From assembly GCA_036337945.1 (NCBI GenBank), contig JAYZDF010000062.1:29998-93997 (forward strand): a stretch of 64,000 nucleotides of DNA. The letters are read 5' to 3'. The notes below the pieces were generated by a model that saw nothing but the letters and a program-made list of their open reading frames with translations, made no database searches and was not told the origin of the DNA. This stretch comes from Myxococcota bacterium (GTDB taxonomy: Bacteria; Myxococcota; Kuafuiibacteriia; Kuafuiibacteriales; Kuafuiibacteriaceae). The position numbers and the translations under genes are program-made. Shown in pieces: positions 30,160 to 39,093 of the stretch; position 1 is the first letter of the stretch; each line of letters starts with the position of its first letter.

Positions 30160-32679
30160 TTATTCTTCTTCGCTGAGGGCTTCAATGAAGCTCTCAATTT
30201 CATCTGCTCGCGGGTGATTAGGCGCGAGCTTGAGAAAACGAGAAAGCGCCTTAACCGCTTTTTTGTCTTGCTCTAATTCACCGTAGCCAAGCCCAAGCGC
30301 CATATATGCTCGTGCATCGCGATATTTACTCAGCTTAATCGCCCTTCGTGCCGAAGCCATACCCGCCTTTGTTTTCCCTCGACTGACTAAGGTAAGCGAA
30401 AGTCCTGAATGCGCCTTTGCGTTTCTCGGACTAAGCTTTACCACTTTCCTAAATGCGGCTTCCGCTGCATTTAAATCTTTGCTTTCGAGAGCACTCTCAG
30501 CTTGCGAGAGTCGATCTAGGACCTCAGGGTCATTTGCTTTCTTTTTCTCCTTCCGCGGGAGAGTCTTTTTTGCTGGCGGAGGTGGTACGGCGTTTGCCGT
30601 TTGAGTAGCTTTCTTTACCGGCTTTGATTTTTCTGGAGCGACTGTTTTCGGAGTCGGTTTCGTCTCTATCTTTTGAACCGCCTTCTCAGCAACGACCTTC
30701 ACAGCTGGTTTATCCGTTTTTACACTTTCGGTTTGTGCTTCTGGTTTCGTTGTAGTCTGCGGAGTCTCAGCAGCCATGGTCGTAGATTTTGTTGCCGTTG
30801 CTTCATTTGCAGGCGGCTTAGAATCTACTTTCGCAATGTTGCTTGCCGAACTCTTCTTTGCAGCGATAGAGTCGCTTGTCGGTTCGCTCGATTTCGATAA
30901 CTGCAAAGCCACGAGACCGACTACCAAAAGGCCGGCCACTGCAATCATTGCCTGATTGCCGCGATTGGGAACTCCAGCAGCTTCCTCGATTGCATTTTCG
31001 TCGTACATCGTGAAGAAGCGATCTGCTGTGTCTTCTCGGTTATGCGCTTCACTTGCTGGTGCGTCCGGTTCAAGCATTCTTGGTTGTCTCGCGAGAGCCG
31101 ATTCAACTTCTTCTCTCGCTGAGGGTTGAACCATTCTTGGTGAGGCAAATTCGTCACTTGGTGGCGCGATAGGTGCCGGAGAGGCTAAAGCTGGTCGTTC
31201 TTCTGGCGCGTTTTCTATTTGAGGTGTTGGTACAGCTGGTAATTGTACTGTTTCCGCTTCGCTATTGGCAGGCACAAGTGGAACATTGCCGGTTGTGACA
31301 GTGCGAACAGGTGCTGGCGGTGGAGCTGCGATGTGCCTCACTTCAACAGCAGGTGGCGCAGTCAGGGTACGAGGACGAGGAACTTGTCTCGCGGACGACT
31401 GACTCATCGGTCTCCCCTCTGCATCACTCGATACTCGTTTACGAGACGAATCAGTCAGAAGAATCGGCTCATCTTCACCGGGAATAGGGAGACTCGGCGA
31501 TGAAAAGCCACTGTCTATAGTCATTGGTCGCAAGATTTGTGAAGGTGTATCAGCTGCCGGGATCATCGCTCGACCTAATACGGAAGGTAACCCTGGAATC
31601 GCTGTACTTGGTCGTACGGAGGCGAGACTTTTACGTGGTTCTGGCGCTGAGCTGAGCCATGCATTGAGTGATACCGACGAACCTCTAGCAGGCGGAAGTG
31701 ATGGTCTTGTTCTTCGGTCGAAAAGAACTCCATCAACGTAGAGCCGACTAATTGATTCTAACGCAGGTAAATCCAAGATTGATGTTTCGTTAAGGACATC
31801 TCGGGTATTTCGTTTACCGTCGAACAATCGGATGAGCGACTCGACCTCTTCTGGTAGTGCATCGACGGTTTCGCTGAGCGCAGTATAATCAACATCTAAT
31901 GGAATGCTCAATGATGGCAGCAAGTCGCGAATTTTCGTCCATTGGTCGACTTGTTTCATTCCTTCAACAATGACTTCCTTTAGGCTCACTCTGATGATGT
32001 TCTCTCGGCCAAGTGGAGTTGATTCGATTTCGAAAACACCATTGTCCCAAAGCATGAATCGGTAAATGGCTTCTGCCCCGCTGAGTCGTTTGAGTTCGGC
32101 ATCGATGATGTCTCCATCTCTGCAGTAAATGCGTCCGCTTTCATTTGCCTCAGCAAAACCACCACTTTGTTTTGGGTCAGAAGCGAGGTGAATAATGCAG
32201 GTTTTCTTTCCCGACTCTACGAGCTGAAGAAGGTCAACAAGACCTATGTCCTCGAGTGTCCCGCTGAAATTCCGAGATGAATCTAACTCAGTGAGTTGAT
32301 TGTATGCCTGTCGATCAATGAGAGCTGTTGCGCGACTCACGATCTCTTTGACCCGGATGGGCTTTCGCATGAATTCATCTGCGCCGGCAGAAATAGCTGC
32401 AATACGAGCTTGAGGGTCTGTATCCTCGCTCATGATAATCACGCCACATTTGTTGAGGGTCGCGGACGCTCGAATATGACTGCAAAGGTCATAACCGTTG
32501 CCATCCGGAAGATCAGCATTGGACAAGATGAGCTGTGGTTGCAGTGCCTCGGATGTGGATATTGCTTCTTGTAGGGTTGCGGAGGAATGTACGGTGAAGC
32601 CAACTTTCTTCAGGCTCACCTCCATTACACGCTGACTAGCAAGGTCGGGTTCAACGAGAAGTACGATACTTTCAGTCAC
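30160..32679 (-). CDS. multidomain signalling protein: pseudo-receiver (REC with D-to-N at the phospho-acceptor) + DUF4388 + Pro/Ala-rich linker + TM + C-terminal TPR
   Basis: REC fold VLLVEPD...QLILSNADLPDGNG (Asn where CheY has D57) with conserved K (FMRKPI); DUF4388-like TLEDIGLVDLLQLVESGKKT; TM MIAVAGLLVVGLVAL; C-terminal TPR. Confidence 0.7.
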   Translation of the reverse strand: MTESIVLLVEPDLASQRVMEVSLKKVGFTVHSSATLQEAISTSEALQPQLILSNADLPDGNGYDLCSHIRASATLNKCGVIIMSEDTDPQARIAAISAGADEFMRKPIRVKEIVSRATALIDRQAYNQLTELDSSRNFSGTLEDIGLVDLLQLVESGKKTCIIHLASDPKQSGGFAEANESGRIYCRDGDIIDAELKRLSGAEAIYRFMLWDNGVFEIESTPLGRENIIRVSLKEVIVEGMKQVDQWTKIRDLLPSLSIPLDVDYTALSETVDALPEEVESLIRLFDGKRNTRDVLNETSILDLPALESISRLYVDGVLFDRRTRPSLPPARGSSVSLNAWLSSAPEPRKSLASVRPSTAIPGLPSVLGRAMIPAADTPSQILRPMTIDSGFSSPSLPIPGEDEPILLTDSSRKRVSSDAEGRPMSQSSARQVPRPRTLTAPPAVEVRHIAAPPPAPVRTVTTGNVPLVPANSEAETVQLPAVPTPQIENAPEERPALASPAPIAPPSDEFASPRMVQPSAREEVESALARQPRMLEPDAPASEAHNREDTADRFFTMYDENAIEEAAGVPNRGNQAMIAVAGLLVVGLVALQLSKSSEPTSDSIAAKKSSASNIAKVDSKPPANEATATKSTTMAAETPQTTTKPEAQTESVKTDKPAVKVVAEKAVQKIETKPTPKTVAPEKSKPVKKATQTANAVPPPPAKKTLPRKEKKKANDPEVLDRLSQAESALESKDLNAAEAAFRKVVKLSPRNAKAHSGLSLTLVSRGKTKAGMASARRAIKLSKYRDARAYMALGLGYGELEQDKKAVKALSRFLKLAPNHPRADEIESFIEALSEEE

Positions 32680-32797
32680 AAGTGCCTAGACTCTTTCACG
32701 CACCCGAAACCTGGGTCAAGTCGGGCAATCGTCCTGAATCCGAATTCCGTATCTTGACGGGAGGGCTTTTCTGCATGTTACGAATATAATTGTCGAA

Positions 32798-34165
32798 ATG
32801 AGTGACCACGAGAAATTGCAGAAGACGAAGCTACTCACCGAATTATCGGCGGGACACGGGGTCACAACTCGAATTAATCCGAGTCGAGCTAAGCTGTTTG
32901 TTGCCAATGGGCCAGATAAAGGGAAAACCGTTGAATTGAGCCATGAAAAACTCGTCCTCGGAAGCGGAAGCGACTCAGACATCCAAGTGGTCGACCGAAG
33001 TATCTCTCGCCGCCACGCGAGCCTTTCTCGACAGGGTAATCTGGTGATGATCGAGGATTTGAACTCAACGAACGGTACCTACTTTCGAGATGTCCGGGTA
33101 GGAGCCATCCACCTACCACTGGGGCAAGAAATTCGTTTTGGGCAGATTCGGGTCAAATTTCTGCCAGAAGAGGAGATTTTGGAAATCGCTCCTTCTTCTC
33201 TGCAGAGACTGGGCCCTCTGATTGGTTCAGATCAACGGATGCGAGAAATCTTCACACTCATTGAAGATGTCGGGCCTTCAGACGTGACCGTAGTCATCGA
33301 AGGAGAAACAGGCACCGGTAAAGAATTGGTGGCGCAGGCTATCCATGAGTTCTCGAAACGCAAAAATCAGCCATTTGTCGTTTTTGACTGTAGCAATCAA
33401 CCCCGCGACCTTATCGAGAGCGCTTTGTTTGGTCACATTCGTGGCGCATATACCGGCGCTACCAGTCAGCGGGCCGGAGCGTTTAGTCGCGCAGACAAAG
33501 GGACCATCTTTCTTGATGAGCTCGGGGAGTTCGGAAAAGATTTGCAGCCAAAGCTTCTTCGAGTGCTTGAGGCGAGGCAGGTTCAAAAGGTTGGGGCTGA
33601 TGGTTACGACCCAGTCAATGTACGAGTCATTGCTGCCACCAACCGAAATTTAAAAGCTGAAGTTCGAGCTGAACGCTTCCGAGAAGACCTTTATTATCGT
33701 CTCGCTGTTGTAAAGATGGTCCTACCACCCCTTCGTGAACGGCCGAATGATATTCCGCTGCTTGTCGAACACTTTCTTTCGCTTCACGACGAGCCTTGTA
33801 CGATTGCACCAAAATCTCTTACGACCTTGAAGTCGTACCACTGGCCGGGGAATGTTCGAGAACTGAAAAATATCGTCGACCGGGCTTGTGCTCTCAATCG
33901 TGGACGAAGCGATGTCGATATTTCAGCCTATCTCACCGACCTTGATGAGGTTCGTTCAACCAATCATCTTCAAGTCGATGAGTTTGTATCCTTCAAAGAA
34001 GCTAAGGGTAAAGTCGTAGCTGAATTTGAAACGCGCTACATTGAAACTTTGCTGCGTCAGCACGGAAACAATATCTCTATGGCTTCACGCGAAGCGGGTA
34101 TAGACCGCAAGCACTTCAAAGAGCTTATGAAAAAACATGGAATTCAAGCGAATCCTGATGAGTAA
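32798..34165 (+). CDS. sigma-54-dependent transcriptional activator with N-terminal FHA domain
   Basis: FHA (LVLGSGSDSDIQVVDRSISRRHASL...STNGTY), AAA+ GETGTGKELVAQAIH, GAYTGA (GAFTGA variant), arginine finger region, C-terminal HTH. Confidence 0.85.
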   Translation: MSDHEKLQKTKLLTELSAGHGVTTRINPSRAKLFVANGPDKGKTVELSHEKLVLGSGSDSDIQVVDRSISRRHASLSRQGNLVMIEDLNSTNGTYFRDVRVGAIHLPLGQEIRFGQIRVKFLPEEEILEIAPSSLQRLGPLIGSDQRMREIFTLIEDVGPSDVTVVIEGETGTGKELVAQAIHEFSKRKNQPFVVFDCSNQPRDLIESALFGHIRGAYTGATSQRAGAFSRADKGTIFLDELGEFGKDLQPKLLRVLEARQVQKVGADGYDPVNVRVIAATNRNLKAEVRAERFREDLYYRLAVVKMVLPPLRERPNDIPLLVEHFLSLHDEPCTIAPKSLTTLKSYHWPGNVRELKNIVDRACALNRGRSDVDISAYLTDLDEVRSTNHLQVDEFVSFKEAKGKVVAEFETRYIETLLRQHGNNISMASREAGIDRKHFKELMKKHGIQANPDE

Positions 34166-34172
34166 ATAAGAC

Positions 34173-34616
34173 CTACTCGATGGTTGGCAGATGCATCAGG
34201 CTCTCCACAAAATCTCTCGGCAGACTGTTCTCTTCCGCGCCCTGTATGCATAAAGCTCGTATCTGCGGACTGGGCTTTAGAGATGCTTTCGTTCGTCGAG
34301 CGAAATATGAAAAAACCTCAATATCTTCATGGGTTTTTCGAAGGTATACTTTGATATTTTGCTTTTGATACCCGCCGAAATAGCCATCGAGATTTTCCAC
34401 TTGTTTTTCCTCGAGTTCAAAGACAACGCCATGGGTGATCGCGCCTTCTTCTGCCATCAAATTCGGCAGCCCCTCCTGTCTATTCTTCATATTTGGTTTA
34501 TTGAAGGTGAGTGCGAATCCGTCTAACTTTGCTGCGCCCAATATGGGGCAGCCTCCAATACGATCGAAGGTTCGTTTTCGAAAAGTGTCTGGCCCATAAA
34601 GAAAAACGTTCGGCAT
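34173..34616 (-). CDS. gamma-glutamyl cyclotransferase-like (AIG2/GGCT fold) protein
   Basis: N-terminal VFLYGPDTFRKRTFDRIGG resembles the YGS/TL GGCT motif. Confidence 0.45.
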   Translation of the reverse strand: MPNVFLYGPDTFRKRTFDRIGGCPILGAAKLDGFALTFNKPNMKNRQEGLPNLMAEEGAITHGVVFELEEKQVENLDGYFGGYQKQNIKVYLRKTHEDIEVFSYFARRTKASLKPSPQIRALCIQGAEENSLPRDFVESLMHLPTIE

Positions 34617-34685
34617 GCAATTGAGATGGTGGCAGAGATTCAGTGGACTATCCAGCGTTTTGATCGCTAGAAAGGAAAGTATATT

Positions 34686-35732
34686 ATGAGTAACTTTATT
34701 AAAGCATGTCGTGGTGAGCCTGTAGACCGCACTCCAATGTGGGTTATGCGTCAGGCCGGTCGATATTTACCTGAATATCAGCAAGTTCGATCGCAAACGA
34801 CTTTCCTTGGACTCTGTAAAAACCCCGATTGGGCAGCGGAAGTGACGCTACAGCCTCTTCGTCGCTACGGAATGGATGCGGGGATCATTTTCAGCGATAT
34901 CTTGGTTCCTGTGGAAGCCATGGGGATGGCTCTTCGCTTTGACGAAGGAATCGGCCCGCTTCTCCCCGAACCAATAACCGGTTCGTCGGATGTGGAAAAG
35001 CTCATTGTCCCAGACCCCTCCGATACGATGGGTTTCGTCGGCGAAGCGATAAAGCGAGTCTGCGCAGCTGTTCCTGAAACGCCTCTTATTGGTTTTGCTG
35101 GAGCACCCTTTACGCTCGCCAGTTACATGATTGAAGGAAGAGGCTCGCGCGTCTTTGATAAAGCGAAAAAGTTCATGTTTGAACAGCCTGAGCTGTGGAA
35201 ACAAATGAGTGAAAAGTTGGTTCAAACGATCACCGCTCATTTACTCATGCAGGTGGAGTCTGGCTGCCAAGCCGTTCAGATCTTCGATTCTTGGGCTGGC
35301 CATCTCAGCCCAGTTGATTACCTGAACTTTGCTTTTCCTTACACGGCGGAGATTATCGACCAAATAAAATCTAAGACCGATGTTCCAGTGATCCTGTTCG
35401 CAAAAGGCGTTCATGCTTGCTACGAAGAACTCTCGACCAGTGGTGCAGACGTCCTCGGTGTGGATTGGACGATGCCTTTGGACCGAGCCCGTGAACTGAC
35501 CAAGAATCGTGTTTCACTTCAAGGCAACCTTGATCCAATAACACTGCTTGGGCCCGCAGACCGGATTGAACAGCAGGCTCAAAGGGTACTCAAAGAAGCA
35601 AAAGGGTGCCGAGGACACATTTTTAACCTCGGCCATGGAATTCATAAAACGACGCCTCCGGAACATCTAAAAGTCTTAGTTGACCTTGTAAGACGTGAAG
35701 GTAGTGGCTCGACATCGCCCGAGTCTGAATGA
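34686..35732 (+). CDS. hemE: uroporphyrinogen decarboxylase
   Basis: CRGEPVDRTPMWVMRQAGRYLPEYQ N-terminal signature; 348 aa. Confidence 0.95.
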   Translation: MSNFIKACRGEPVDRTPMWVMRQAGRYLPEYQQVRSQTTFLGLCKNPDWAAEVTLQPLRRYGMDAGIIFSDILVPVEAMGMALRFDEGIGPLLPEPITGSSDVEKLIVPDPSDTMGFVGEAIKRVCAAVPETPLIGFAGAPFTLASYMIEGRGSRVFDKAKKFMFEQPELWKQMSEKLVQTITAHLLMQVESGCQAVQIFDSWAGHLSPVDYLNFAFPYTAEIIDQIKSKTDVPVILFAKGVHACYEELSTSGADVLGVDWTMPLDRARELTKNRVSLQGNLDPITLLGPADRIEQQAQRVLKEAKGCRGHIFNLGHGIHKTTPPEHLKVLVDLVRREGSGSTSPESE

Positions 35733-37078
35733 AGAAAATAGGCATCATTGGCGGCGGAATTGCCGGACTAAGCATTGCGGAGGCTCTCTGCGAATTCGCG
35801 CCGAATCTTCACCCCATTGTTTTTGAGTCCTCCGAGCAGGCGGGAGGAAAAATCCAAACATTCACAAAAGAAGGGTTTGTTATCGAAACCGGCCCTCATG
35901 GGTTTTTGGATAAAGAACCAAGAGTCGACGAATTGATCGACCGACTTGGTTTGCGAAGTGAAGTAGTTGTCGCGAATGAAGACGCAAATAACCGATACTT
36001 GGTTCGTAATGGTACGCTGAAAAAACTCCCGCTCAAACCACAAGGATTTTTGTTTTCGGGCATCTTGCCTCTATCACAACGGCTACGTGTTTTATTCGAG
36101 CCGTGGGTGGCCGCGAATCAAAGTTCGGAAGATGAGTCCGTTTATGATTTTGCAGCGAGACGTCTTGGACCAGGGGTTGCGGATGTGCTCATAGACGCAT
36201 TCGTCACTGGTATTTTTGCGGGAGACCCAAAAAAACTCTCTGTTCAGTCTGCTTTTCCTATGCTTCGAACGATGGAGAGAGACTATGGAAGCCTAATCAA
36301 AGCCCAAAAAGATATGAAGGCGAGGGCGCTCACAAAGCCTAAGCTTCTCAGTTTTAAAAATGGTTTGGGAACTTTGACTCAAGCTCTAGCAAAGAAAGTC
36401 GAGGTACGTTGTCAACAAGCCGTCCAGAAGATCCAGAAAAAAGGAACCCGCTATCTTCTCCACACGGCAGATGCCTCCGAGTATGTAGACGCCATTGTTC
36501 TTGCTGCGCCTGCTCACGTTTCAGGAAAACTCACGCAGTCGCTCAATAAGAGATACGCCAAACAAATTGCCTCGATACCTTTTGTGCCCGTCAATGTCGC
36601 GGTTCAATGTTTTCATCGCCAAGACATCAAACGCGAACTCGACGGATTTGGCTTTTTGGTTCCTCACCTCGAAGACCGGCCTGTTTTGGGTTCAATTTGG
36701 GCGTCGACCGTGTTCACTGACCATGCACCAGACGCTACCGTAATGTTCCGAACCCTGGTTGGCGGAAAGCGCCTCCCCGAAAATGCGGAGGGATCAGATG
36801 AAGAGATTCTGCAGCGGGTCCGAAAGCAGATTGAGCATTTTTGCGGGCTGAGCGCACAAGCCCGACCGATCGTTCAAGAGGTGATTCGATGGCCAAGGGG
36901 TATCCCGCAGTATGAAATTGGACATTCTGAACGTGTCGCCGCGATCGACGCCTTCGAACGGGAAGTTCCCGGCCTATTTTTTGCGGGTAACTCATATAGA
37001 GGCGTCTCGATGATTCAATGCATTTCAGAAGCGATCGATGTATCTGACAAACTTCAAAAGTTTTTTGCCGCCGAATAG
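35729..37078 (+). CDS. hemY: protoporphyrinogen/coproporphyrinogen oxidase (HemY/PPOX-type FAD oxidase)
   Basis: MKKIGIIGGGIAGLSIA dinucleotide-binding motif; 449 aa; 4-nt overlap with hemE (ATGA). Confidence 0.8.
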   Translation: MKKIGIIGGGIAGLSIAEALCEFAPNLHPIVFESSEQAGGKIQTFTKEGFVIETGPHGFLDKEPRVDELIDRLGLRSEVVVANEDANNRYLVRNGTLKKLPLKPQGFLFSGILPLSQRLRVLFEPWVAANQSSEDESVYDFAARRLGPGVADVLIDAFVTGIFAGDPKKLSVQSAFPMLRTMERDYGSLIKAQKDMKARALTKPKLLSFKNGLGTLTQALAKKVEVRCQQAVQKIQKKGTRYLLHTADASEYVDAIVLAAPAHVSGKLTQSLNKRYAKQIASIPFVPVNVAVQCFHRQDIKRELDGFGFLVPHLEDRPVLGSIWASTVFTDHAPDATVMFRTLVGGKRLPENAEGSDEEILQRVRKQIEHFCGLSAQARPIVQEVIRWPRGIPQYEIGHSERVAAIDAFEREVPGLFFAGNSYRGVSMIQCISEAIDVSDKLQKFFAAE

Positions 37079-37240
37079 TTCCTTCTTTTACAGTAAAACG
37101 ATCTGCTAAATGTAGGATAATGTAGTATGTGTTTGATTTAATTGGGATTTTGAGGCAACAAAGTCACATGTGCTACCGAAGATACAATTGGTCTAAGACC
37201 ATTGGTCTAGGCATTATACTTTTGAGAGGAGCAAATAGTA

Positions 37241-38305
37241 ATGATCGGATTTAATCCCTACTCACTTAATTCTCATCAGCTGCAGCAAAGCCTCGCCTTT
37301 GCGCATATCCAGGCGGGCAACGCCCACTTTCAACAAGCGGGTGCTTTACTGAATGCATTTCAGCCTCAGATTCCTTGTCATCCTTTTTCGGCAAACCAGA
37401 TGCCTCCGCATGTGGGTTGTATGCCTCCACCAGGACCGGAGTTTTCAAATGCACCCGCTGGTAAAGGTCTTACGAAAAATAAAGATGGCTCAATTACGAC
37501 GGCGGGCGGCTACACGATTAAGCCGGAAGGCCGGAGCAATGCGTGGAACATCACTGGGCCTGACGGCAAGCAGCTGACTCGAGTTTGGGGTGACCCACAT
37601 GTTGATGAAGCCGATGGCACTCGTTGGGATTTCACGAAAACCAGTGATTTTGTTCTTCCTGATGGTACTCGAATCCACTGTAAGACGACCTCTGAAACAG
37701 GAAAAAGTGTATCAAAAGCGCTGACGATCAATAACGGTAATGATGTCGTAAACATCACCGGAATTGATAAAAACAAGCCACAAACCGGCGAGATAAAGAA
37801 TAACGGCTACGAATGGAGAGCGAATCATTTCTCAAAGAATCCAGCTCTCGACGAGTTCAAGCTTGGTGGAAATGGTCCTGGCAATGTTCAATGGTACAAG
37901 TCCACGAGTGGAATCGAAAAAGGTCTCATCACCGGCGCTCACTACGACAAGAAGTCGAAGCAGTATCAGCAGAAAGTTGATGAATCAAAGAAGTACTGCG
38001 TAGACCCAAGTATGACCCCACAAGTTGGATCGCCAGCTTGGGGTAATCAAATGCGCATGGAGATGGCTGATTTGGTGAGTTCGATGTGGATTCATCCTGG
38101 TATTAAGCATTATATTGGCCAATTCCTTGCAGCCGACCACCTGACCAATCAATTGGGCGGAGGAGCCATGGGCGGTCTAGGGACCCACTTTGGCGGGTTC
38201 GGACAAGCGAACCAGGCCCTTGGTAACCTCGGAAATTATCACCAAGCCAATTCTGCAGCGAACCAGTCTTTGATGGCTCTTCGCTCTTCACAATTCTTCG
38301 CGTAG
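37241..38305 (+). CDS. Gln/Gly-rich protein without signal peptide carrying a GDPH autocleavage-type motif (DUF1521/MIIA- or VWD-like)
   Basis: WGDPHVDEADGTRWDFTKTSDFVLPDG fits GDPH-x3-DG-x3-DF-x4-DFVL of metal-ion-inducible autocleavage domains; N-terminus MIGFNPYSLNSHQLQQSLAFAHIQAGNAHFQQ lacks a hydrophobic signal; Gly/Asn/Gln-rich C-terminus. Confidence 0.5.
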   Translation: MIGFNPYSLNSHQLQQSLAFAHIQAGNAHFQQAGALLNAFQPQIPCHPFSANQMPPHVGCMPPPGPEFSNAPAGKGLTKNKDGSITTAGGYTIKPEGRSNAWNITGPDGKQLTRVWGDPHVDEADGTRWDFTKTSDFVLPDGTRIHCKTTSETGKSVSKALTINNGNDVVNITGIDKNKPQTGEIKNNGYEWRANHFSKNPALDEFKLGGNGPGNVQWYKSTSGIEKGLITGAHYDKKSKQYQQKVDESKKYCVDPSMTPQVGSPAWGNQMRMEMADLVSSMWIHPGIKHYIGQFLAADHLTNQLGGGAMGGLGTHFGGFGQANQALGNLGNYHQANSAANQSLMALRSSQFFA

Positions 38306-38316
38306 ATACAATTCTC

Positions 38317-38342
38317 GGTGCTCATTCTAATCGGTGAGCACC
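38317..38342 (+). terminator. hairpin (8-bp stem GGTGCTCA/TGAGCACC, 10-nt loop) between the GDPH gene and the chaperone gene
   Basis: Inverted repeat read from the sequence; no U-tract, so this may be an attenuator or processing site rather than an intrinsic terminator. Confidence 0.25.
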
Positions 38343-38411
38343 ACAAACGCGCCTTCCCCCTTATCAGTCTGTCCAAAACGCATTATGTTCTAATCGTCCA
38401 CGAGGCGAACT

Positions 38412-39023
38412 TTGAAAAAGAAAATTACTGAAATTACAGAAATTCCAGAGATTGATCCCGAACTAAAAAAACTGGCAGAGGCCGACGGCGTAAAAATCGT
38501 CGCTCGCTCTCCTCAACGGCTCAAGCAATTTTTAGAAGGCGCGATCACTTTGGGCGAACTCGAAGGCATTGATAAAGACGTTCAGATGAATATCGCTAAG
38601 AATGGCTTCACGTTGCTCAATCAGGGTAAGTTAGCCAAAGCCAAGACCATTTTTGAAGGCCTGCTAGCGCTGGATCCGTTTGATGCATACTTTCATACCG
38701 CGCTTGGCTCGATCGCTTTTCGAGATAAGGACATGGAAACTGCGTTGAACCATTTTGACAAAGCGCTAAGCATCAATCCTTTTTTCTCTACCGCTCGTGC
38801 GCACCGAGGAGAGATTCGTCTCGCGCGAAATGATTTTACTGGAGCGATCGAAGACCTCATAGAGGCGATCAATGCCGACCCGGAAAATGAACAACCAGCT
38901 ACTCAGCGAGCTCGTGCACTCATCGGTACGATCAAGGAAATCATGGCCAAAATTGAAAAAAATCCCGAGGCAGCCAAATCAGAAGCAGAGAGGGCCTTGA
39001 AGAATCAACAATCAAAAGAATAA
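38412..39023 (+). CDS. TPR chaperone resembling type III secretion class II chaperones (SycD/LcrH/CesD family); TTG start
   Basis: FLEGAITLGEL...IAKNGFTLLNQGKLAKAKTIFEGLLALDPFDAYFHTALGSIAF...NPFFSTARAHRGEIRLARNDFTGAIEDL aligns position by position with LcrH (FLKGGGTIAMLNEI...GKYEDAHKVFQALCVLDHYDSRFFLGLGAC...PRFPFHAAECLLQKGELAEA). RBS GAGG upstream; 9-bp tandem repeat ATTACTGAA x3 at codons 5-14. Confidence 0.55.
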   Translation: MKKKITEITEIPEIDPELKKLAEADGVKIVARSPQRLKQFLEGAITLGELEGIDKDVQMNIAKNGFTLLNQGKLAKAKTIFEGLLALDPFDAYFHTALGSIAFRDKDMETALNHFDKALSINPFFSTARAHRGEIRLARNDFTGAIEDLIEAINADPENEQPATQRARALIGTIKEIMAKIEKNPEAAKSEAERALKNQQSKE

Positions 39024-39093
39024 ATGATGCGCCGCCAGATGTTTAGACAGTCGGCAATGGCTCCGAACGACGTCCCCCACAGGAAATAAAACC

